From: Eledone cirrhosa
Taxonomy: Eukaryota
Assembly (NCBI GenBank): GCA_964016885.1
Contig: OZ024740.1
Location: 324,322,001 to 324,386,000, forward strand
Length of the DNA: 64,000 bases
Direction of reading: 5' to 3'
The notes below the pieces were generated by a model. That model was not told the DNA's origin and ran no database searches. It saw only the letters and a list, made by a program, of their open reading frames with translations. The number at the start of each line of letters is the position of its first letter. The stretch's first letter is position 1. Both the position numbers and the translations under genes were made by a program. This document shows positions 27,436 through 42,761 of this stretch, piece by piece.

Positions 27436-28802
27436 CAAAGACGTCATGAACGTCCAGAGTAAGACCTGATGGAATAAAAGCACGCCCATTAAAGATTACA
27501 GAGAATGTATATTCTTCTGGTTTTATAATTTTATAATTTTTTTACCAACAGAGAGAGAGAGTTGGTTCCTAACATAGACACAAGACTCTTTCATTGGAAT
27601 TTAGATAACATCAGCTAGGTAGATAGGTATGCATGTCTACATACATGTATGAGTGTACAGGTATGGATGTTATTGTGTGTAGATGTGTATGATTTAAGTT
27701 GTATGTATGCACGTGCATATGTTTTGTATCTGTACATGTGTACATACTGGATGTAGGATTTTTGAATGTTTTACATGCTTTGGAATGTTTTACATTAATG
27801 TATTGTATTTGTAATTCCCTAACTAGTCGTGTTCTTTCTGGTTCTGTCTGTGTGTATGTACGTAGCCGAAACTCTGTGTAGTTGTATTAGTCCAATTGTT
27901 GGAATAACACAAACACATAGAGAGCCAGGAATGGTCAGACCACTACTACTATCGACAGACTGGTAGTACTAGAGATAGACAGAATTTCCATCTTTAGTGT
28001 CAAGACCCATCGCAACATCCACGAGGATCTGGCATATACCTAAGATCTTATCAGCAATAATCAAGATACATTCTCCAAATAGCTCATATACTCCCAAAGA
28101 CAGGGGATATGCCGAACACGAAGATTTAAGGGAGCACAACCACAGCAGTTATATCCATATATGATGACATAAAGAATACTTATGTCAAGGAGAAACATCG
28201 ATTTTTTAGTTTGGGATATTGATTTCATTAAGGCATGATAAAACTGAGGTGTGCTTTTGTTAGGAAAAACAATGAAATCATTAATATCATCATCATCAGA
28301 AACATCACCAACAAACAACAACAACAACGACAATAACAACGTTAGCCACATCAACAACAATAACAGCAGCGATAACAATAATAACAATTTATCTAGCTAC
28401 AACGATATTAATTGTAAAAAACAATAACATTAGCAACAACATCAACCACAATATCAACGATAACTACTTCAATAACAACCACATCAACGATAGCTACAAG
28501 ATCAGGTGTAATATCAGCAATAACAAATTCAACATTAACAACAACAACAACAACAACAGGAACTATTACAACAATTAGAATGTAGTAAAGAAAACAATAT
28601 GGCGATATCTAGAAATTATATTTTACGAGATAACTGTAATGAAAACGATAACTTACCGTAAACACAACAACAGGAACAACAACAATTATTATTATTATTA
28701 TCAGCTATAATATTATCAAATACAATTAGCAATAATATAATCAACTACAAACACGAACAGCAAGAGGTAAAGAAATTAATATATTAATTAAAACAATCTA
28801 TT

Positions 28803-28903
28803 ATAGAGGATTCCTCCAAATAAGTATACACACTTTGATTACCTGTACAGGCAATATTTATTAGAATGCTTTGAAGTGTGTATACACTTTTTGGGACCCT
28901 ATG
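28803..28903. mobile_element. Short Tc1/mariner-like MITE; partial second copy at 22702-22780
   Basis: Shared cactttgattacctgtacaggcaat...aagtgtgtata; terminus resembles TACAGG.TGTCCC. Confidence 0.5.
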
Positions 28904-28926
28904 ATATATATATATATGCTACAATT

Positions 28927-28970
<44 letters not shown>

Positions 28971-28971
<1 letters not shown>

Positions 28972-29841
28972 GAGGTGTGTCAGAAAACTTCCAGAACTGA
29001 TGTCACAAAAGATTTATTTCAAACCCAAACTTCACAATAAGAGTTTTCTCTTTCAAAGTAACCCCACTGGAGTCTAATGCACTTTTTCATCCTTTTCTGC
29101 CACGCTTTCGGGATCCTCCGCAGTTCCGTTGTCACGGCCTTTTTGATGTCGTCTGGGTCTTCAAAACGTGTCCCCTTGATGACCTCTTGAGCATCCATGA
29201 CCATCACCGGTAATGACTATCCCTAGCAAGTCTGGTTCGGTTTCAAGACGCTCGAGGATCTCCTGGCACACTTGCATGCATCGACCCTTCTGGTCATCAT
29301 TCAGCAGTTTTGGCACCATCTTCGCGCAGACATTCATCATGTCCAAATATTCAATGAGAATCTTCCAGACGCTGTCCCGATTCATGCCCAGCTCATTTGC
29401 CATCAGTCGAACAGTCAGCCGACGATCGCTACGCACCATCTGCCTGACGCGCTCAACGTTGACCTCAGTCCTGGTTGTTGAGGGCCTTCTACTCCTAGGG
29501 TCATCTTCCACGTCCTCGCGTCCTTCTTTAAACCTCTTGCACCACTCAAAACCACGTGAGCGTGACATCGTCTCATCTCCATACACTTGTTGCAACAATC
29601 CCAGTGCTTCTGACGGAGTTTTCCCCAACCGGTCGTTGCTCTGTGCTCATTGCTTGACGACTTTAAACAGAGGACATGTATATAAAATTATGAAGAAAAA
29701 GGTTTGATCGCTGCAGAGAGCTAAGATTACAGTTACATACTCCAGGGGGATTACTTTGAAGGAGAAAACTCTTAGTGTGAAGTTTGGGATTGAAATAAAT
29801 CTTTTGTGACATCAGTCATGGAACTTTTCTGACACACCTCG
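28971..29841 (-). mobile_element. Internally deleted mariner with ~100-bp TIRs inserted at TA
   Basis: CGAGGTGTGTCAGAAAA...TTTTCTGACACACCTCG; transposase remnants WCKRFKEGREDVEDDPRS, VPKLL, VITGD, then KGTRF...KKCI..QWGYFE. Confidence 0.92.
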
Positions 29842-29873
<32 letters not shown>

Positions 29874-29874
29874 T

Positions 29875-29952
<78 letters not shown>

Positions 29953-30118
29953 TGGTCCCCACCTGTTTATGGTGGCGGCTGACAATGTTGTTAGAACTGA
30001 ATGTGGCCTTGAAGAGTTGGTTTCAGTGAGATTAGGCGGTATGTCCTATAGTTCTTGTGGTAGGTTCTCATCTCTCATCGTGTAAGATTTCCTCGGAGAA
30101 TCTGCTCAAGTTGCAGTC

Positions 30119-30201
<83 letters not shown>

Positions 30202-30285
30202 GTTCAAAATGACAAACAAACAAACGCAGAAGTCAATGGTACATAATGTTATTAGCTTCACACTTGGTGAGAATGGGGGGTGGTT

Positions 30286-30317
30286 ACGACGTTTCGGACA
30301 TAAGTCCTTCATCTGGA
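30286..30317 (-). ncRNA. Hammerhead-like motif, same family as 3626-3659
   Basis: CAGAUGA-A-GGAC(UUAU)GUCC-GAAACGUC; compensatory stem-II change relative to GGGC/GCCC. Confidence 0.55.
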
Positions 30318-30631
30318 GAGTAGGGGGGAGGGGGCAGGGACTCCGAGAGGGAGTTAGGAGGGGTGTTAGCAGGGAAAACATGAAAGGACGGGAAAAATAG
30401 AAGTAAAAGATAAAACATGAAATCAAAATAATTTATAAAAAAAATATATATATAAAAAAAATATATATATAAAAAACAGGTGTGTGTTAAACAATGAAAA
30501 TAAACAAAAATCGGAGATAGGTGGTTAATTAGTTTATTTTCTTACGATCGATTCAGAGGGTTGACTGATCATGGTAGATCGATATATCGACTAGCAGGTA
30601 GTGGTTATGTCGCTACCTGTGTGTGTATATA

Positions 30632-30693
<62 letters not shown>

Positions 30694-30838
30694 CGAAGGA
30701 GTTGTGGTAAGGAACCAGATGGACCATAACGCACCAGAGTACTCAATATTTAGGGTAGTAGAGTGGGTAATAGGAACATGTTTGACCCCGACGGCAGAGC
30801 TCAAGCCGTCGGGGTCATACATTTTCCTATATATACAT

Positions 30839-30879
<41 letters not shown>

Positions 30880-30907
30880 ATTATCTAATAAGCAACACAA
30901 TGTAATT

Positions 30908-30980
30908 ATTCCATGACCCAAGGTTTCGCGAAGTTAGACGATTCTAACAGAAACGTCTGATATCGCTCATCAGATGAAAT
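30908..30980 (-). ncRNA. Canonical type I hammerhead ribozyme
   Basis: AUUUCAU CUGAUGA GCGA..AGACG..CGUCU..UCGC GAA ACC(UUG)GGU C AUGGAAU; all three stems and a GUC site. Confidence 0.9.
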
Positions 30981-31132
30981 CTTTATTGTGGATATAAGAT
31001 ATGAAATTAAAATCTATTACAACATATATCCGTATGCGGTTGACGGCCGAGAGAAAACAGTACTCAATACCGAAGTGCTAAATAGTGAGTCTTGTTAATT
31101 TCGAGTTTCGCCTATTTATCACAGACTTAACA

Positions 31133-31209
<77 letters not shown>

Positions 31210-31261
31210 CAGGAAAGAAGGTTGACATGGTTTGCTATACAAAAAAGGTTTTTAATCTCAT

Positions 31262-31369
31262 AGCTGACAATTGTTTCTCTGAACTGGTAGGTCTAGAGAT
31301 CGCTATTCGCTTATCTTCACGTTACTCGATCGCCAATACAAAATTATAACCAGTCAGATCTTCGGGGCA
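31262..31369 (-). ncRNA. Hammerhead variant with long stem II and CCGAAGA core
   Basis: CCGAAGA UCUGACUGGU...ACCAGUUCAGA GAA ACAAUUGU C AGC. Confidence 0.65.
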
Positions 31370-32063
31370 TGCGAGAATGAAGAGAATACACAGGCAATAT
31401 ATATATATATATATATATATATAACAAAGAAAGTGTGGTAAGATACCAGGTGCACCATAACGCACCAGAGCACTCGATACTTAAGGTAATAGAGTGGGTA
31501 ATAGGGAAAGAGTCAGGACCCCGACGGCTGAGCTCCGGCCGTTTCGACAGCACTCAGAATGTATCGCAATCCCGGCGTTATTTGAACTCAGAATGTATCG
31601 CAATGGAATGCTATCTAACACTCTATCAATTCAGGCAATCAACTGCTGTCTTTTAAGGAATATTAAGAAATGTAAAGTGTTAGAGGAATCTATAATGTAA
31701 AAGTTAATATTCAATTAGAAGAGATAAAATAGATATGTAATGGGTGATGCAGGGTGAGGTGGGGTGTTTAGTGGGTGGCTCAGGCGAGGGAGAAACTATT
31801 CCCTTGAATCTAATCTAGGTGTTTATTGTCAGTTTGACATAGAGATTGTGTGGGTGATAAAGTTGTTTTATTTCATTTTCTGATATTCTCTTTAATCGAA
31901 GAAATAGATATTATTAATAATAATTAGGGAGAACACACAGATACACACATACACACACATACACAAACACACACACGCACACACATACATTCACACACAA
32001 ACATGCATATAACCATAAATAATATGAATGTAAAAAATATAAATGCACAAATACACACACACG

Positions 32064-32106
<43 letters not shown>

Positions 32107-32539
32107 ACATATATATATATGAACAAATAGATCTAGAAATATATATGTATATATAAATGTATATGTGTGTGTATATATATATATATATATATGTGTGTGT
32201 ATGTGTGTGTGTGTGTGTGTATTTATATATGTGTTATATGTGTATATATATATTTATATACGTATATTTAATATAAACAAACAGATCTAGAAAAATATAT
32301 ATATATATTTATATATATATGAACAGATAAACAAGGATGTAAATAAATCAATAGATAGATCAATATATAGTAGATAAATATGTGATAAATAATATATAAA
32401 TTACACAATAATATAGCAATATAGATAGATATACGTAACATAATAAATACATAAAAAGGCCGTTGTTTATTATCAATATTAATTTATTAAGTTGGATATA
32501 TTCAACGCTATCTAAAACAGTATTATCACATTTTATTTA

Positions 32540-33075
<536 letters not shown>

Positions 33076-33212
33076 ATGCATAAGCATACATGTATATACA
33101 TGGAAATACATGCACACACAAAATACCGTACGTATATACCACATAAATCCCCCAATCACTCACGCACACCTACACACGCACATAGATACATTGATACATC
33201 TATATCTATCTA

Positions 33213-33595
33213 TCTTCTTTTTTTCAAATACCACTTTGGAAGAAGAATCAGGATGGAGAGAGAGGTGCTGTACCCCAGAAAGTTTTATGAAAGGTGGGTG
33301 AGAGTGGCGAGAATGGCTCGAGGAATGGGCCTTCTCTCTATATCAGCCTGTAAGTTGAGGAAAATGAGGAGGAGAGGAAAGGAGTACAAACTCTTTGTAC
33401 TCCTGGAGATGAGGGTTGCACATTTTTTCGGGGGTATGTGTTACCCATATGAACTGTCTCCCCCTATTGGGGGAAAATCGACTAATTTTTTAAATTGCAT
33501 TTGTTATAATATTTTACACGTTTTTATTGTATGTAAACTTCCCCCTTTGTATTTGTCCCCTTCTTTTGTGCCCCTGTGGCTAATAAAGAAACATA
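33213..33595 (+). mobile_element. 5'-truncated 3' end of the Tx1-like LINE
   Basis: FFKYHFGRRIRMEREVL..FYERWV; 3'UTR matches copy A; (TCTA)n on both sides. Confidence 0.9.
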
Positions 33596-33829
33596 TCTAT
33601 CTATCTCTCTTTCTGTCTGACGCGTGGAACATCGCCGGTAAGCTTTTTTGTTAATTTCTATGCAAAAAACCGATCTAATTGTTTGAGAAAACATAACATT
33701 TTGTAGATTAACCCCCAGGCTGAATTGTCAGCTGGGTGGCAATCTTATTTTTCGCCCCCAAAGGGGCGAAAATTTAATTTGAAATTAATTTGAAAACTGT
33801 TTAAAATTTTTTATATTTTCCCATCAGCT

Positions 33830-35868
33830 ATGGCAAGCGTTCAAGGAACGCTAGCGAACGTTGAAGAAGGAAAAAGAAAAGAAATAGACTTTAACGTTGC
33901 TAAAAATTCTGCCTGTATCAAGGTAGTTAACAACAGAGCTTTGTGTAACGAAAGTGAAGTAGACAACACAAACAAAATTGAATCGCACAGTGAACCACAC
34001 AGTATACAACACACACTAAAATCAACAGAAAAAACAACTGACACAACTACAAACGGAAAGCTCGACAACCACAACCGCAACAACAACAACAACAACAACA
34101 ACAACAAAATAACTTATACAGAAACAGTCACAAATAATAATAATAACGTTACTTCTAACTCCGCATGTATTGGCGTCACCATGGAAACCAATATGAACAA
34201 CAAAAATAAAAACAAGATCGAACCACAACAGACGGAAAAAACAACAGAAAATAAAACCATTGACACAACTACAAACGGAAAACCCAACAACAACAACAAC
34301 AACAACAACACCACCACCACCAATCTTTTGCGCAAACAGTCACCAAGACACAAGATTTCACGGATCTCCATATCTCCAATGCGAAACAGATGCTCTCTGA
34401 AGCAAAGGAGTTTATCACTTTCGGTGAAAACGGGGGATTTCAGATAAACTCACCCCCACAAATTCGTCTGGAAACATTTAGAAGGACAATCACCTTCAGA
34501 ACTGTTTCAAATGAAACAAAAAAACCAGCATTCCTCAGTCAAGGGGAAATTGAGGCAACCTTAATAAAGATATTGCCAGACATTGACTTTATGCAGAGGG
34601 TCAAACAGTACGGGAGTATTTCGGTACTCCGCAAAAGCGAGGCCCTTGCACAAAGATATTCAGTGACCCCAATACTGTCACAAAAATACACCTTTTTTCC
34701 TACATACCTGGGTAAAAGGATACAAAAAATTAGAATTTCAAACATATCACCAAATATTAATATTTGGTGGATATTGGCAGGATTTTTAGAGGAGAGAAAA
34801 GACACTATTTTCTCCATCAAAAAGTCAACCAGACACACCTGGTCTGGGACAAATTTGGAGATTCTGGTGCAAATGAGCCTGGAAAGAATTTCCAAATACC
34901 AGAAAAAGTGATTGTGGACAACAACAGCCACATAAACATTGTAGTTGAGGGACGAAAACCACATTGCTTTCGTTGCAATAGCACCACACACCTAAAGGCC
35001 TCCTCCCCTTTACAAACACGCTCAACCAAAACAATAGAAAAGAAACACTGTTAACAACACCAACACCAAAGCAACCACCACCACCACAAGTACAACGACA
35101 GACGAAACGGGCAACCACACCAAAACAAACAGACACTCAACCAACAACAACATAAAAAACAGAGACAACACCCCTGAAGAACACAGCCCCACTCCATCCC
35201 ACTCCATCAAACACTACCACAAACACACACACCGAAATACCACTACCAAACAACATACCCCTACCCCACACACCTGACGATGATTATTCATCGACGGATG
35301 AAGCTACTTCTCCTTTAAGTGAAGAAGAGGGAGAACCGCGGAAATCTAATAAACAAAAAAAAGAGACACCACAAAACCCCCAAAACTCCAATCACCAACA
35401 CCAACACACAACCACAGACACAAACAACAACACAAACAACACCACAGTCAAACATCCCCCTATCAGCAAAACCAGCACCAACTCCCCACCCAAACACAAG
35501 CACCCACCATAAAAAGAAAACTCCCGGATGAACAACAAACTAAAACAACACAACAAAAGCACAAACAACAATACGCATACGTCAACACAAACAACAAGAG
35601 TTTGATGGAGGTCATCTCCCAAAACCCCAAGGTGGAGACGGAGGGCAAAACTTACGTCAAGGCAGAATCGTCTCCACACCTTAAACTTATAAGGGATTCT
35701 ATGGAAACCTATAATGACCTAAAAAATAAATTTTCACAGAACGTGGGCAACCCCTGCCACAAACCCATCAACCGCGTCCTGTTAAAATGTTTACCCACAC
35801 CACCCAACACACCATCCAGCACCCAAATGGAGATTGAACAACCCGATCTCCAGGAAACGAAAAGGTAA
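33830..35868 (+). pseudogene. LINE ORF1, frameshifted
   Basis: IVVEGRKPHCFRCNSTTHLKASS (decayed CCHC); CHKPINRVLLK. Confidence 0.8.
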
Positions 35869-35909
35869 GTGAACCTTTCGTCCTTTTTCTCCAACTTTTC
35901 TTCACCAAC

Positions 35910-38900
35910 ATGGCTAGTTTACGAGTTGGAACCGTGAATGTGCGTGGCCTAGGGATGCCCTGGAAACAGGGCCAACTTTTAAACGACCTTAGGTCACACA
36001 GTATGGATGTGATAGCCATGACCGAGTCCAGGATCCACAACAGGCATCAACTAACCCCCATCTTCGACGACTTTGAGATCTACGCATCTCTCTGTCAGCC
36101 AGGAGGTGGAGTGGCTGTCATGTTTCGGAAGAACCTAGACGTCGAAGTACAGCAAGTACACTTGGACCCGGAGGGTAGACTGGTAGTCCTAGACGTGAAC
36201 AGTATTGGAGGTGGAGCCTTCAGACTGGTGGCCGTTTATGCCCCGACCGGGCAATCGCAATCACGGCCAGACTTCTTTAAGCGTCTAGAGTCTTTTCTGG
36301 GAACGTCTCGCTCCTAACTTTTAGTGGGGGACTGGAATGGTATCCTAGATGCACGATGGGACTATGTGAGAGCATGTCCCAGTAGAGCGGGGTGCAACAG
36401 CCTCAAAACTTTAATCGGCCAATTCCAACTGGCCGATAGGTATCGACTGGATTTCCCGACTGCACCACAGTGGACGTGGGCAAACCGCAGTGGGACATCT
36501 AGATCGTATTTAGATAGGTTCTTCATTAGAGAAAGGGACAAGGAGATGTTAAGCCGTCCACGAATGCACATGGTTGCCTATTCAGATCACAAGTTAGTCG
36601 TCTGTTTAGTCAACCGTGATAGAATACATAGACAGGGACCCGGATACTGGAAGCTGAACGTGTCGTTGCCGGCATGTAAAGCTTACAGTGAACGGATAAG
36701 TAAACTAGTCAAGCAACAGTTAACGGGAGCCATCGTCAACAATAGATGGTGGTACTCTCTCAAGAAAGCAATTAGAATAGAATCGATAGGGTATAGCAGA
36801 GAGTTAGCCTTAGAGAAAAATGGAATAGAAAGAGAACTAGTAGCCAAGGTAGAGGAGGCACTTAGAAGTGGAAACGCGGCTAGAGTGTTAGCGTCGAGAA
36901 CGGCACTCGACCAGTTCTTCGATGCGAAACACGAAGGCTGCGTTGTCAGAAGAAAAACACGTGCTCTAGGAAACGAAGGAGCGAAAGCTGTCAGCTGGAC
37001 CCGAGTGGCGGAGGCAAAAAGTGGCCAAAAGTCCACGATTCGGTCTTTGAAAGACCAAAACGGACGCGTGCTACTTGACCCCAAGCAAATGTGCGCGGCC
37101 TTTCAGCATCACTTTGCGCGACTGTTTGAGCAGAACGACGGTGAGCCGAACGGGGCAATGGACTTTAGTTCATACCTCGACGGCCTGCCGCGTCTCTCGA
37201 ACACAGACGTCGAGTTCTGCGAAAGACCGATCACGGGCACTGAGATACGGGACGCTCTGGGCCGCTGCGGGAAACGCAAGTCACCCGGTATAGATGGTCT
37301 ACCCAACGAGTTTTACATAGGCATGCCGGACTTGTTCTCTGGCGCCCTCGAAGCCGTCTACTGCAATTGGCAGCAGAACGGGAGAATTCCCAGTTCTGCA
37401 GGCAAGGGCGTAGTAACGCTGATCAGGAAAGACGAGAACAAGGGGGACGAAATTAACAACTGCAGGCCCATAATGTTGCTCAACACAAAGTTAAAGATTT
37501 GGGCCAAGGTGCTAGCGACGAGGTTGGCGCTTGTCATCGAGACCTGGTAGGGAAAGCGCAAACGTGTGTAATCCCGACCAGGTCCATACACGACAACCTC
37601 CACCTCAGGCGATATATCATAGAGAGGGTGGGTAGTAAACCCGGCTTCAGTGGGGCTCTGATCAATTTGGATCAGTCTAAGGCATTTGATAGGGTCGACC
37701 ATCGATTCTTGGAAGCGGTTCTCAAGGCGGCCGGTTTCGGTCCCGTGTTCAGAGGCTGGATCGAGGCGATGCACACCAGCATCTGCTCGAGGGTCAAGGT
37801 GAATGGCTACCTATCGGAGCCGTTCGCAATCACGCGTTCCATTCGACAGGGGTGCCCTCTCTCCTCCAGTCTGTATGTTTTGACTCTAGAGCCACTACTG
37901 CGGAAATTGGAGCTGTTGCAGGGCATCCCTCTAGAACCGGGACTGCGCAAAGTGGCGTCGGCTTATGCCGACGACGTAACGGTAATGGTGTCGAGCACCT
38001 CGGAAATCGGGGTGATCGGCAACTTACTGAAAGAATACGAAACGCTGACGGGAGCAAAACTAAACCCAGACAAGTCTGTCGGTTTGCAACTCGGTACGTG
38101 GAGAGGCAAACCGATGACGTCCGACAGCGTCGTTGGACGCTGGACGGACGGACCGGTGAAATTGCTCGGAGTCTGGTTCGGTCGAGACCTCGAGGTGGAG
38201 AAAAACTGGAACGAGGTCACGGCCAAGGTTTTTGCACTCACTCAGAAGTGGGCAGAGTGCAAACTGTCCTTGAAAGGTCGAGCGGAGGTGGCGAACACTT
38301 TCATAGCGTCCGTCATCTACTACCGCTTGACTGTCGTGCCTTGTCCCTGTGAACCCCTCGCCAAGATGGAACGCATGCTCTTCCAGTTTCTGTGGAAGAA
38401 GCAGGCTCCGCTGGTGAGGAGATCCGTCTGCTGTCAGCACCCTTCCAACGGAGGGATGGAAATGCCGTGGCTGATGATGCGCAAACATGCGCTGAGGTTG
38501 CGGCATCTCCAGGTATTCCTCACCGACACCCAACCGGTGTGGGCACCGTTTGTGAGACAGGCTTTCCCACAGCTCGTCTCGCTGACGGAACTGCAGTCCT
38601 GGGTCAAGAAAAGACCGAAAACGATGGGCGCCTGTCACATTGAATGCGCCCAGGCGCTCACAGTCCTCTGGCAAGCGGGCGCAGCAATCAGTGGATACTC
38701 CACTTCGTCATTCTTTAGAGGGATTGTACGTTACAAGGGCGACGACGTGCTCGGAGAGACTCTGGGCGTCGAAGACGATGATCTCACCAGTCTGTTTGGT
38801 AGAACTTTCCGCCCGGGACCTATGGACAACTTCCAGAGGTCCCTGGCCTGGCAGTGCTACCGAGGAGCTCTACCGGTTCGTGACAAGATCTAGAGGCACG

Positions 38901-39350
38901 GACGCCTCGGCAGGGCTCCTTCCAAGAGGATGTGTCCAAGATGCGCGCAGGACATTGAAACAGTCCTGCACGCAATTGTACACTGCCACCGGCGTAACCG
39001 ACCTGTGGAACTATGCAGAACAACTGCTGTCGCGTATGGGACAAATACAGTTGACTGCCGAGTCCATAGTAAGGATCAAACCGCCAGTCTCTTTCAAAAA
39101 CGAAAGAGAGGCGGTTTTCCTCTGTACGGTGGCTATGGTGAAAGAAGTTATATGGTGGACGAGGTTGAGAGGACTGAGGACAGATGCCTTTCTCTCCGGA
39201 CAACAATTGATTCCCTTCTTTAAGTATCACTTTAGAAGGAGAATCAGAGTGGAGAGACAGGCACTGCACCCCAGTAAATTTACTGAAAGGTGGGTGAATG
39301 AAGCGAAAATGGCCCGAGTGATTGGGCCTTCTCTGTTTATAAGCCTGTAG
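35910..39350 (+). pseudogene. LINE ORF2 APE-RT-zinc finger with stops and frameshifts
   Basis: MASLRVGTVNVRGL, GDWN, SDH, LDQSKAFDRVDH, RQGCPLS, YADD, CPRC...ETVLHAIVHC. Confidence 0.93.
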
Positions 39351-39624
39351 GTTGAAGAAGGGAGCAAAAGGAAGAAAGGTGCACTTGCACAACACGCTCC
39401 TGGAGTTGAGGGTTGTTCTATCGACGGGGTATTAAACAACCCATTTGTGGCGCTTCCCCCCCTATTGGGGATTTCGATTGTTGTAATTGTTTGTTTTTAT
39501 GTTTTTTACACGACTGCATGTAAAATCCCCGGCATGTCTTTGTATTGTCCCCTTTTCTTGTGCGCCCTTGTGGCTAATAAAGAAATATATTTATCTATCT
39601 ATCTATTTATCTATCTATCAATCT

Positions 39625-40465
39625 GTTACAAGTGCGACGACGTGCTCGGAGAGACTCTGGGCGTCGAAGACGATGAGCTCACCAGTCTGTTTGGTAGGAC
39701 TCCGCCCGGGACCTATGGAAAACTTCCAGAGGTCCCTGGCCTGGCAGTGCTACCGAGGAGTTCTACCAGTTCGTGACAAGATCAACAGGCACGGACGCCC
39801 CAGCAGGGCTCCTTCCAAGAGGACGTGTCCAAGATACGTGCAGGACATTGAAACCTCCCTGCACGCAATTGTACACTGCCCGGGCGTAACTGACCTGTAG
39901 AACTACGCGGAACAACTGCTGTCGCGTATGGGACAAATCCGAGTCCATAGTAAGGATCAAACCGCCAACTTCTTTCAAAAACGAAAGAGAGGCGGTTTTC
40001 CTCTGTATAGTGGCTATGGTGAAAGAGGTTATATGGTGGACGAGATTGAGAGGACTGAGGACATATGCCTTTCTCTCCGGACAACAACTCATTCCCTTCT
40101 TTAGATACCACTTTAGAAGGAGAATCAGAGTGGAGAGACAGGCACTGCACCCCAGTAAATTTACTGAAAGGTGGGTGAATGTGGCAAAAATAGCCCGAGT
40201 GATTGCGCCTTCTTTGTATATAAGCCTGTCGGTTAAAGAAGAGAGCAAAAGGAAGAAAGGAGAACTTGCACAACACGCTCCTGGAGTTGAGGGTTGTTCT
40301 ATCGACGGGGTATTAAACAACCCATTTGTGGCGCTTCCCCCCTATTGGGGATTTCGATTGTTGTAATCGTTACTTTTATATATTTTTACACGATTGTATG
40401 TAAAATCACCGGCATGTCTTTGTATTGTCCCCTTTACTTGTGCGCCGTTGTGGCAAATAAAGAAA
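39625..40465 (+). mobile_element. Further 3' fragment (~840 bp) of copy-B-type LINE stacked behind copy B
   Basis: Repeats 38730-39590 with substitutions and small deletions; (TCTA)n before and after. Confidence 0.92.
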
Positions 40466-40889
40466 TCTATCTATCTATCTATCTATTCATCTATCTATCT
40501 ATCTATCTATCAATCTGTTGATCTCTCTCTCCTTCTCTCTCTTTTTCTCTATATATACATACAAAGACTCACATATACCCCTACACACACTCACATGGAT
40601 ACATCGATCTATCTATGTAGATATATACACAAACACTCACTCACACCCCCCTACGTACAAACACGCACACACACATACACAGTGATATGGAAATAAATAC
40701 GTAATTACAGTAAACGTGAGTGGTTGTTAGAAGTAGCAGTCAAATCTACCTCAAATTACAACACACCTTTCTATATAAGTTTAATGAATTAGGTTTGACA
40801 CGAAGCTAAACAGCAAGAAGAAAAATACAAAAATAATTCATTAATACACACTGGAATTTACTGAGTCTCTATATGATTATATATATATT

Positions 40890-40950
<61 letters not shown>

Positions 40951-40990
40951 TATAGGCATACATGTGTGTGTGTGTATATATATATATGCA

Positions 40991-41043
<53 letters not shown>

Positions 41044-41044
41044 A

Positions 41045-41145
<101 letters not shown>

Positions 41146-41146
41146 A

Positions 41147-41189
<43 letters not shown>

Positions 41190-41451
41190 TGGCTTTGTGC
41201 AGTGCCTTTGCTCACTATAAAAGCTTCACGGCACAGGCATTGCTTTATATCTGGAGATCTCTCTGCACTTGTCGTCACATGGTACCATGGGCCCAGCACT
41301 ATGTGTCAGTAATTGTCACAAGTGTAGTGTTTGTACCAGAGTTTTCAAGTCGCTGGCTGGACTAAAAAGTCACACTCGTTCAGTGCATCGGTAGGGGTTC
41401 TCCTACATGGATATAAAGTAGTGGCCGTACTCGAAAACGAGTTGGCAGCCA

Positions 41452-41503
<52 letters not shown>

Positions 41504-41555
41504 AAATATATATCTATATATACATAAATCAATATTTATTTATGCACACACACAC

Positions 41556-41679
<124 letters not shown>

Positions 41680-41946
41680 ATATACATACAGATCTGTATA
41701 TGCATATGTATAAATAAATGCATACTTACACATGACATAGTAATATGAGTAAGCGAAATTATGTTTGCAAACATGTACATACATGTGTATGCATGTACAT
41801 GTATGTGTTTATATATGCACATATATGTATGTCGGGGAATAATTAGGATGTATTAAATACTATTACCTCCAAGAAAGAGAGACGTTAATATGTTTGTAAG
41901 ATACGTATACTCACACGTTCAAACACGCATACACACAAACACGCAT

Positions 41947-41977
<31 letters not shown>

Positions 41978-42184
41978 TACAATACAATACAACATATATG
42001 ATACATATTAAATTGCTTGTATGAAAAACAGTGGGAAGATAATAGTTTCACACCATTGACATAAACAATAATCCAGAAGCACAAATTAACACCCTGTACC
42101 TATATATATATATATATATATGTGTGTATGTATATATATATGTATATATATATATGTATATATATATATGTATATATATTTATG

Positions 42185-42245
<61 letters not shown>

Positions 42246-42256
42246 GTATATATATT

Positions 42257-42321
<65 letters not shown>

Positions 42322-42332
42322 GTATATATATG

Positions 42333-42363
<31 letters not shown>

Positions 42364-42377
42364 GTATATATATATGT

Positions 42378-42418
<41 letters not shown>

Positions 42419-42539
42419 CATACCTATGTATGTCTATGCATATTCATGTACACATTCATGTACATTAATTTACAGTGCTCCCCAATACAGTTAAAATAAT
42501 TGCTTCTAAGAACCTAATATTATAGTATAGACATTTGTA

Positions 42540-42571
<32 letters not shown>

Positions 42572-42573
42572 CG

Positions 42574-42660
<87 letters not shown>

Positions 42661-42761
42661 TGCAAATATATGCGTGTAAGCTTATTATATACATATTTCA
42701 ATATAGGCAATTGTATGCATATATACTTAAAATTCACGTGTAATATGTGTTAACACTTTTG

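Larger units (their letters stand above)
33615..39590 (+). mobile_element. Near-full-length L1/Tx1-clade LINE, copy B (diverged subfamily)
   Basis: ORF1 33830-35868; ORF2 35910-39350; AATAAA followed by (TCTA)n. Confidence 0.95.

Noticed and set aside
26983-27489. Poly-Leu and poly-Val ORFs
   Set aside because: (CTA)n repeat with no splice or homology support
28040-28280. Unique segment with a 70-codon minus-strand frame and a tgacataa/ttatgtca hairpin
   Set aside because: Neither an exon nor a hammerhead could be supported; no recognisable protein
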